Origin: Acholeplasmataceae bacterium
GTDB taxonomy: Bacteria; Bacillota_I; Bacilli_A; Acholeplasmatales; Acholeplasmataceae
NCBI GenBank assembly: GCA_963667565.1
Contig: OY763415.1
Span: 960,001-1,024,000, forward strand
Length of the DNA: 64,000 nt
Direction of reading: 5' to 3'
Shown here piece after piece: positions 56,829-64,000 of the stretch (position 1 is the stretch's first letter; the number at the start of each line of letters is the position of its first letter). A model generated the notes under the pieces. That model worked only from the letters and a program-made list of their open reading frames with translations. It made no database searches and had not been told where the DNA came from. A program made the position numbers and the translations under genes.

Positions 56829-57454
56829 TTTAATGACCTAATTGCTTCATCAGCATTTTTGTGATTGAACACAAAACTACCAGCTACAGCCATATCAACA
56901 CCAGCATTTTTTGCAATTTCAATCGTGTTTTGATTGATACCACCATCAACTTCAATTAAAAAATTTAGTTTTTGTTTATCTCTGATTTCAACAAGTTTCT
57001 CGACTTTTTTCATCATATCAGTCATAAATGACTGACCACCAAATCCTGGTTCCACTGTCATAACTAAGACTAGGTCAACTTGATCAATAATTTCTAATAA
57101 TGCATCGACATCAGTGTTTGGTTTAATAGATATGCCAACTTTTTTTCCTTTTGCTCTAATTTTTGCAATGGCTTGTTTGTAACAATTAGCTTCAATGTGA
57201 ATGGTTATAAACTCGACTTTGCTTAAACTAAATTGCTCAATCCAATTGATTGGATCTGTGACCATTAAATGGACATCTAAAGGTATAGTTGATAAATCAT
57301 TGATCGTCTTAGTAATAGCTGGACCAAAAGAGATATTAGGGACAAAATGTCCATCCATAATATCTATGTGAATATAATCAGCAGATTTTACTTTGTCTAT
57401 TTCTTGAGCTAATTTTGTAAAATCAGCTGTCAAAACTGAAGGTGCAATAATCAT
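56825..57454 (-). CDS. rpe: Ribulose-phosphate 3-epimerase
   Basis: HIDIMDGHFVPN, MTVEPGFGGQ and EVDGG motifs. Confidence 0.95.
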   Translation of the reverse strand: MIIAPSVLTADFTKLAQEIDKVKSADYIHIDIMDGHFVPNISFGPAITKTINDLSTIPLDVHLMVTDPINWIEQFSLSKVEFITIHIEANCYKQAIAKIRAKGKKVGISIKPNTDVDALLEIIDQVDLVLVMTVEPGFGGQSFMTDMMKKVEKLVEIRDKQKLNFLIEVDGGINQNTIEIAKNAGVDMAVAGSFVFNHKNADEAIRSLK

Positions 57455-57465
57455 AAAACCACTCC

Positions 57466-58422
57466 TCAATATTTTACTTTTTGATTTTTAATTTCTTCAA
57501 TAAATTGTAAATAATTTTCATATCTAGATTTTAATATATCGCCATGTTCAAAAGCATCTTTGATTGCACATTTAGGTTCATGAATATGATTACATTGATT
57601 ACCAAACTTACAACTATCACTTAATGCGATAAAATCAGGATAAAGTTCCTTTAATTCATCTTCATAATAGATCTTAAAATCAATCTTTGAAAATCCTGGT
57701 GTATCGGCTATATATCCTTCATTAAACTTATATAATTCAGAATGTCGTGTCGTATGTTTACCACGTCCAAGTGCATCAGAGATCTCTTGTGTTTTTAAAC
57801 CTAATTCTGGCATTAAAGCATTGAGTAATGTCGATTTCCCAACACCTGTTTGACCAGCTAAAACAGTAATTTTATCAGTAAAAATATGCTCTAATACATC
57901 AAAACCAATTTTTTGCTTACTATTGATATAATAGACTTCATATCCCATTTGTTCATAATAAACCATGTCTTTTTTTATGCTTTCTAGTAATCCATCATCA
58001 ACCAAATCAATTTTTGAAATAACAATCACAGGATTGAGTTTTTCTTGTTCTAAGATGACTAAAAATTTATCAAGTAAATAAAAACTAAAATCAGGTCTAA
58101 TGGCACTAAAAACGAGAAGCACTTGATCAACGTTTGCGACATCTGGTCTTTCAAGTTCATTATTTCTCGGAAGTATTTCTTCAATAAAGACTTGATCGTG
58201 ATCAAATGCATACAAAACCTTATCACCTATTTTAGGGCTTATTTGGATTATTTTTGTCTCTTTTTTTGTCTTTCTAGAGGTTTGTTTATTAAAATCATCA
58301 TTTTGATCAAGTTTGACATATCTTAATTTTCCACGTGCTTGAGCAATGAATTCATCTTGATTCTCTAGATCGACAATCGTGTATTGATTTGAAATAATTT
58401 TTCTAATAAAAGCTTTTTTCAA
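57466..58422 (-). CDS. rsgA: Ribosome small-subunit-dependent GTPase A
   Basis: SKID, GQTGVGKS, GKHTT, DTPG and C-terminal zinc finger. Confidence 0.95.
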   Translation of the reverse strand: MKKAFIRKIISNQYTIVDLENQDEFIAQARGKLRYVKLDQNDDFNKQTSRKTKKETKIIQISPKIGDKVLYAFDHDQVFIEEILPRNNELERPDVANVDQVLLVFSAIRPDFSFYLLDKFLVILEQEKLNPVIVISKIDLVDDGLLESIKKDMVYYEQMGYEVYYINSKQKIGFDVLEHIFTDKITVLAGQTGVGKSTLLNALMPELGLKTQEISDALGRGKHTTRHSELYKFNEGYIADTPGFSKIDFKIYYEDELKELYPDFIALSDSCKFGNQCNHIHEPKCAIKDAFEHGDILKSRYENYLQFIEEIKNQKVKY

Positions 58423-58431
58423 AAGTTCCTC

Positions 58432-59448
58432 CTAAAGGTTTTGTGCTCTTAATTGGCCACATGCAGCATTGATATCATGACCTTGTTCTTTTCTAAGTGT
58501 TACTTGAATGTTTCTCTTCTTTAAAACATCATAAAACTTTAATTGATTTTCATGTTTAGAGCGTTTGTATGGTGCTTCAATCACCTCGTTATAAGGTATC
58601 AAGTTAACATAAACATTAAGCCCTCTAAGTCTTGTTGCTAATTCTTCAGCAACTTCTACCATGTCATTAATACCATCAATTAAAATATATTCTATAGTAA
58701 CTCTTCTATTTGCAACACTCAAATAATATTTCATCGCTTCGAAAACTTCTTCAACAGGAAATCTTTGATTAATCTTCATTAATTTTGATCTGATTTCATT
58801 GTTTGGAGCATGTAAACTAATCGCTAAATTAACTTGAATGCCAAAATGTGCATACTCTTTAATTTTAGGTACAATCCCTGATGTAGAAACAGTAATATGT
58901 CTAGCACCAATCTCTAGTCCTTTAGGATGATTGACAGTCAAAATAAATTTGGTTAAGTTTTTGTAATTATCAAAAGGTTCACCAATACCCATAACAACAA
59001 TGTAACTTATGCGTTCACCTAAGATACGTTCTGTTTCAACAACCTGAGCGATAATCTCACCTGATGTTAAATCTCTTTGTTTTTTAAGCAATCCAGAAGC
59101 ACAAAAAGAACAACCAATGTTACATCCAACTTGCGTTGTTACACAAATAGAATTGCCATAATGTTGTTTCATCAATACAGACTCAATTAAATGTCCATCA
59201 TGTAAACTATAAAGAACCTTTAAAGTACCATCAACACTTTTATGTTGTAATACATGCTCTAATGCCTTTAAATGGAAATTTTGATTTAAAAAATCAATCA
59301 AATCATTTGGTAAATTATTCATTTCCTCAAATGATTGTGCTTTTTGTTTATATAACCAATGCCAAATTTGATCAGCACGGTATTTTTTAAAATTGTTTTT
59401 TTCTAAAAATGCGACTAACTCTTCATAAGTCAAATCATAAATTAACAT
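58432..59448 (-). CDS. rlmN: 23S rRNA m2A2503 radical SAM methyltransferase
   Basis: CNIGCSFC, MGIGEP and AACGQL motifs. Confidence 0.95.
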   Translation of the reverse strand: MLIYDLTYEELVAFLEKNNFKKYRADQIWHWLYKQKAQSFEEMNNLPNDLIDFLNQNFHLKALEHVLQHKSVDGTLKVLYSLHDGHLIESVLMKQHYGNSICVTTQVGCNIGCSFCASGLLKKQRDLTSGEIIAQVVETERILGERISYIVVMGIGEPFDNYKNLTKFILTVNHPKGLEIGARHITVSTSGIVPKIKEYAHFGIQVNLAISLHAPNNEIRSKLMKINQRFPVEEVFEAMKYYLSVANRRVTIEYILIDGINDMVEVAEELATRLRGLNVYVNLIPYNEVIEAPYKRSKHENQLKFYDVLKKRNIQVTLRKEQGHDINAACGQLRAQNL

Positions 59449-59517
59449 TTCATCACCTATACATATTATACACGATAATCAAATTTTCATAAGAAAAAAA
59501 CCTGAAATTTCAGGTTT

Positions 59518-61875
59518 TTAGCTTCTTACTTTAGCGTTAAGTTCTCTCTCTAGTCGAATGATGACTTTTCGCATTAATTTATCGACTTCTTCACTTTCAA
59601 GTGTCTTATTAACATCATTAAAAACAAGGTTAAAAGCAACTGATTTCATACCTTTTTCAATATGAGATCCTTGATATACATCAAAGATACTAAGTGCTTT
59701 GATTTGTTGTCTTACTGTTTGGTTAATTAAAGCCATCATTTTAGCAACTTCGACTTCTTCACTTACGACAACAGCTAAATCTCTTTCAATACTAGGATAT
59801 TTAGAAATCATTTGATATAAGTTTTCTACTTCAACTTCTAGTAATCCTGATAAATCAATTTCTAATATAAATGTTTGATCTAAATCCAATCGTTTAGCTT
59901 CTTTTGGATGTAATTCACCTATGAAACCGACTATTTGACCATTAAAGATCATGTTTGCTTGTCTATATGGATGAAGGAAATCAAAGGCGTTTGTTACTTC
60001 GTAATCAAAGGACATCTTAAATCTTGAAAATGTTTCATCTATCATACCTTTAAGCATGTAAAAATCAGATGATAATCCTTTTTTAGCCCAAGCTTGATTG
60101 TGCCATGTACCTGTAAGTGCAATACCTAAATGATTCTTTTCTAATCCTTTAGCAAACACATGACCAATTTCAAAAATATGAACTTGATGAGCTTGTCGTG
60201 CTTGATTATATTTAATCGTTTCTAACAATCCATTAACTAAACTTTGTCTTAATACTTTTCGATCTTCGGATAAAGGCATTAACAATGATAGTGGTTCACC
60301 TAATTTAATGTATCGATTAGCTTCATCAGGAGATTTTAATGTATATGTAATCACTTCATTTAATCCAAGACTTGCTAAATGATGCTTGATGATTCTTTCA
60401 CGTTTTTGTTTAGATGTCAGATATCCTAGTGTTTCAACATGCTCTTGTTTCATAGGAATCACATTTAAACCATGAATACGTGCAATTTCTTCTAAAATAT
60501 CTGCAGGTATTTTAATATCTTGACGATATGATGGTGGTGTGATTTCAAATCGATCATCTTTTTCTTTAACTTTATAATTTAATTGACTAAAATATCTTAA
60601 TAATGTTTGATGATCAATATCTATGCCTAATAAATCTTGAACATAAGACTTATTAAGATTAATTAAAGCAGGTTCTAATGTGTGATCAACGGCTAAACTG
60701 ATACCTTCATAAACAGTAGCCTCAGCAAGTTCTATTAAAAGTGATGTTGCTAATTCTAATCCAAGTTCAATTCTTTGATCATCAATACCTCTTTCGAATC
60801 GAAGGGATGAGTCACTTCGTAATCCTAAGCGTTTAGATGTATGTTGAATACGCTTTGGTTCAAAATATGCAGCCTCTAACAACACTTTAGTTGTCTTATC
60901 ATCAACCATTGTATTTTCTAATCCCATGACACCAGCAATCGCGATTGGATATTTTCCATTTGTGATCACGACATCGTCGTGTGTTAATTGACGTTCTTGC
61001 CCATCTAATGAGATTACTTTTTCATCATCACGTGCATCTCTAACGACAATCTTTGTTGATCCTATTTTATCTGCATCAAACATATGAAGCGGTGTCCCAA
61101 GCATGATAAGGACGTAATTACTAATGTCAACGACATTATTGATAGGTCTCATTCCATTTGCAATGAGTGCGCTCTTTAACCACCATGGTGATTCCTTAAT
61201 CTTAATTTGATCGATATATCTTGCGCTATATCTACCACAGCCATTTGAATCTATCGTGACTTCAAATGGATTTTTTGTTGTAGCTGTTTTTATTTGATAA
61301 GATGGTGTTTTTACTTTCGTATTTGTTACTGATCCTAAATCAAGTGCAAAACCGTAAACTGACAACAAATCACCACGGTTTGGTGTTAAACCAAGTGTCA
61401 TTTTCCAGCCTTCTAAAGCGAGTACCTCTAGAGCAGGTCTGCCTACTTCCATTTCTTGTGGAAAATAATAAATACCATCTTTGTATGCTTCTGGTATTAA
61501 CTTTTCTTCAAATCCTAATTCTTGAAGTGAACAGATCATACCATTTGATTCTTCACCTCTAATTTTAGATTGTTTAATTTCAAAATTACCAGGTAGAATT
61601 GTACCTACTTGAGCAACAACAACAAATTGATCTTTACCAACATTTGATGCACCACATACGATTTTTTCAATACGATCTCCTAAATCAACAGTTGTTAAAT
61701 TTAGGTGATCTGAGTTTGGATGAGGTTCACAAGTCAATACTTTACCAATCACTAAATTGGTTGATTCATTTACTTTTTCAAATGCTTCAACTTCAATAAT
61801 TTTTTGGTTTGTTACTTCTAAAATATCAGAAGGAATATCAATAAATTCTTTTAATAGTTTTTCTGTAATAATCAT
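59518..61875 (-). CDS. pheT: Phenylalanine-tRNA ligase beta subunit
   Basis: HPNSD, TPNRGD, RFERG and EEIARIHG motifs; FDX-ACB domain. Confidence 0.95.
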   Translation of the reverse strand: MIITEKLLKEFIDIPSDILEVTNQKIIEVEAFEKVNESTNLVIGKVLTCEPHPNSDHLNLTTVDLGDRIEKIVCGASNVGKDQFVVVAQVGTILPGNFEIKQSKIRGEESNGMICSLQELGFEEKLIPEAYKDGIYYFPQEMEVGRPALEVLALEGWKMTLGLTPNRGDLLSVYGFALDLGSVTNTKVKTPSYQIKTATTKNPFEVTIDSNGCGRYSARYIDQIKIKESPWWLKSALIANGMRPINNVVDISNYVLIMLGTPLHMFDADKIGSTKIVVRDARDDEKVISLDGQERQLTHDDVVITNGKYPIAIAGVMGLENTMVDDKTTKVLLEAAYFEPKRIQHTSKRLGLRSDSSLRFERGIDDQRIELGLELATSLLIELAEATVYEGISLAVDHTLEPALINLNKSYVQDLLGIDIDHQTLLRYFSQLNYKVKEKDDRFEITPPSYRQDIKIPADILEEIARIHGLNVIPMKQEHVETLGYLTSKQKRERIIKHHLASLGLNEVITYTLKSPDEANRYIKLGEPLSLLMPLSEDRKVLRQSLVNGLLETIKYNQARQAHQVHIFEIGHVFAKGLEKNHLGIALTGTWHNQAWAKKGLSSDFYMLKGMIDETFSRFKMSFDYEVTNAFDFLHPYRQANMIFNGQIVGFIGELHPKEAKRLDLDQTFILEIDLSGLLEVEVENLYQMISKYPSIERDLAVVVSEEVEVAKMMALINQTVRQQIKALSIFDVYQGSHIEKGMKSVAFNLVFNDVNKTLESEEVDKLMRKVIIRLERELNAKVRS

Positions 61876-62891
61876 TATTGGATTTCCCCCTTAAATTGAT
61901 TTAAGAATCTTAAGTCATTCATATAAAAATGTCTAATATCATCAATATTGTATTTTAAGATTGCGATACGTTCAATACCAATACCAAATGCAAATCCAGA
62001 ATATACCTCTGGATCATAACCACCCATTTTAAGCACATTAGGATGAACCATACCAGATCCTAAAACTTCAATATAGCCGATGGTTCCATCTTTTTTTACA
62101 TATGAAACATCAACTTCATAACTTGGTTCAGTGAACGGGAAAAACGATGGTCTTAATCTAATTTCTCGTTGTTCACCAAAAAGATGTTTTGCCATTTTTA
62201 ACAGTGCATCCTTTAAATTAGCAAGTGAAACCTTTTTACCGACAACTAAGCCTTCCATTTGCATGAATTGATGTGAGTGGGTTGGATCATCATCATCTCT
62301 TCTATAAACTTTACCTGGACAAACAATTTTTAAAGGTTGTCCTTTCATACTTAACATGGTTCTTGCTTGAACTGGGGATGTATGCGTACGTAATAATGTT
62401 TCTTCACTAATATAAAAAGTATCTTGCATATCTCTTGCTGGATGATCTTTTTCTAAATTCATCATTTCAAAATTATAAAAATCTGATTCCACTTCTGGAC
62501 CTTCAGCAACTTGATAACCCATACCTATAAATAAATCTTCTAAGTCCTCGATGACTTGAGTTAATGGATGAAGATTACCTGAATAAAGTGTTAACCCTGG
62601 AAGTGTGACATCAATTTTCTCATTTTGTAATACTTCTAAAAGTTTTTGATCTTCTAAGATTTGTTTTTTATTGTATAGTTCTTGTTCAACAATGGTTTTT
62701 GCTTCATTGACTTGTTGTCCAAAAGCAGGTTTTAATTCATCAGGTAAATTTCTAATTTCACCCATCATTAAAGATACTTCTCCTTTTTTACTTAAATACT
62801 TCAAGCGAAGTTCTTCAAGTTCAATAAGCGTTGAAGCAATCTTAATTTCGGTTAGTGCTTTTTTGACTAATGTTTGTAAATTTTCGTTCAT
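61875..62891 (-). CDS. pheS: Phenylalanine-tRNA ligase alpha subunit
   Basis: [24 protein letters not shown] and GFAFGIG motifs. Confidence 0.97.
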   Translation of the reverse strand: MNENLQTLVKKALTEIKIASTLIELEELRLKYLSKKGEVSLMMGEIRNLPDELKPAFGQQVNEAKTIVEQELYNKKQILEDQKLLEVLQNEKIDVTLPGLTLYSGNLHPLTQVIEDLEDLFIGMGYQVAEGPEVESDFYNFEMMNLEKDHPARDMQDTFYISEETLLRTHTSPVQARTMLSMKGQPLKIVCPGKVYRRDDDDPTHSHQFMQMEGLVVGKKVSLANLKDALLKMAKHLFGEQREIRLRPSFFPFTEPSYEVDVSYVKKDGTIGYIEVLGSGMVHPNVLKMGGYDPEVYSGFAFGIGIERIAILKYNIDDIRHFYMNDLRFLNQFKGEIQ

Positions 62892-62911
62892 TTTTTCTCT
62901 CCTTTAATGAA

Positions 62912-63118
62912 TAAAAAAAGTCCCTAGATTAATAATCTAAGGACGAATCATCGTGGTACCACCTTAGTTCTAGAATAAATTCTAGCACTCATTACTCGTA
63001 ACGTGAGTCAGCGGATGTGATTAGCATCTCTCATAGGTGAATTCATTAGGTATTTATTGTATAGATCACACCACCCTATACTCTCTTTAAATAAATCTTA
63101 TCTAATTACTAAGCCTAA
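62912..63118 (-). ncRNA. T-box riboswitch (Phe specifier)
   Basis: AAGGTGGTACCACG T-box, GAA-TTC-ACC specifier and terminator hairpin upstream of pheS. Confidence 0.88.
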
Positions 63119-63121
63119 TCA

Positions 63122-63838
63122 TCAATTTCTTCTTGAAGTTAGAATTGCGAGTAATCTAAGTAGTTCAATGTAAATCCACACGAGTGTAACCATTAAACCA
63201 ACTGCGACAACCCATTCATATGTTTTATCTGCTTGTCCTTCTACGATGCGTTGTGCATTATCAAAATCAATGGTTAACATGAAAGCCCCATAGACAATGA
63301 AGACTGCTGAAATAATAAGCATAAATGTTGTGCTTACTCCATCAAATGCACCAAACAAAGATAGTATACCAAATATTACGAAAAATACAAGGAATCCAAG
63401 TAGTAATGATGTCATAATTCTTCTAAATCGTGAGGTGACACGAATCGCACCACTTGAATATAAGAATAACATCACTGTAAAAATAGCTGCAGTTGCTAAA
63501 ACTGCTGTTAAAGCAATACCTGGATATGCATCATTAAATATTGCTGTAATGGTTCCAAGTAGGACACCTTCAGATAGTGCATATAAGATTCCAAATGGCA
63601 TAGCTAATCTTGGAACTAAAGTACTTACGAGTACTGAAATTAAAGCGACAATCATTGATGTGAATAATAATGGCATAAGGATGTTTGTAAATTGAGTAAT
63701 TGCTAAATACCCACTCACAACAGCAATAAGTAATAACGTAGCCGTTTTTAATATAATACCTTGATAACTTGCTGTTTGATCAACCGCATAAGTATCTTGT
63801 TTTTCTAAATTTCTAAAGACTGGATTTGCTGTACGCAT
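63122..63838 (-). CDS. Bax inhibitor-1/YccA family membrane protein
   Basis: About seven TM helices; MRTANPVF and LVWIYIELLRLL motifs. Confidence 0.85.
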   Translation of the reverse strand: MRTANPVFRNLEKQDTYAVDQTASYQGIILKTATLLLIAVVSGYLAITQFTNILMPLLFTSMIVALISVLVSTLVPRLAMPFGILYALSEGVLLGTITAIFNDAYPGIALTAVLATAAIFTVMLFLYSSGAIRVTSRFRRIMTSLLLGFLVFFVIFGILSLFGAFDGVSTTFMLIISAVFIVYGAFMLTIDFDNAQRIVEGQADKTYEWVVAVGLMVTLVWIYIELLRLLAILTSRRN

Positions 63839-64000
63839 TTCTTCAACTCCTTAATTCTTTTTGGATATCCATATTATATTACACTATATTCTATAGTGCA
63901 AACAATCCGGATGATATCACATTATTTTCCGATTTTAATTCATCAAATGAACCATAACCTTCCATTTTTTCAAAAACTGTTTTGTTGATTCTAGTTCTAT

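Noticed and set aside
13011..63695. Numerous short ORFs nested in or antisense to long phage and housekeeping genes
   Set aside because: They are shadow frames without RBS or recognisable motifs.
1..64000. Mycoplasma-type genetic code (TGA = Trp)
   Set aside because: Long conserved genes are intact under the standard code, and several end in TGA (for example rpe and rsgA).

Overview
AT-rich chromosome segment of a probable wall-less Mollicute (Acholeplasmataceae-like; standard genetic code). The right ~10 kb is housekeeping DNA: tRNA-Leu(GAG), fakA, rpmB, thiN, rpe, rsgA, rlmN, pheT, pheS with a Phe T-box, and a YccA-like gene. Positions 312-53797 form a composite island inserted at the CCA end of tRNA-Leu. 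It consists of a ~43 kb HK97-type siphovirus prophage (two tandem large serine recombinases, MetK, an ABC-three-component/Lamassu-like module, a MunI-like R-M system, no recognisable endolysin) and two small recombinase-less cassettes, each an Rgg-like regulator divergent from secreted-protein or protease genes. The most notable structure is nine related att-like sites (50 bp; one internally deleted), all centred on a TG dinucleotide that matches the terminal CA of the tRNA. They are built from two half-site types: a P type (TGTATCAA...) and a tRNA T-arm type (GAGTTyAArTCTCA...). The elements carry their own tRNA-mimic half-site inside tandemly amplified 193-bp units, and helically phased repeat arms (ATCGTGTA every ~21 bp, TTAGCACCC every ~22 bp) flank the sites. 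I infer a CcrAB/SCC-like, phage-driven, integron-like cassette stacking and capture system. Function is not demonstrated, and product calls rest on motif recognition, not database searches.
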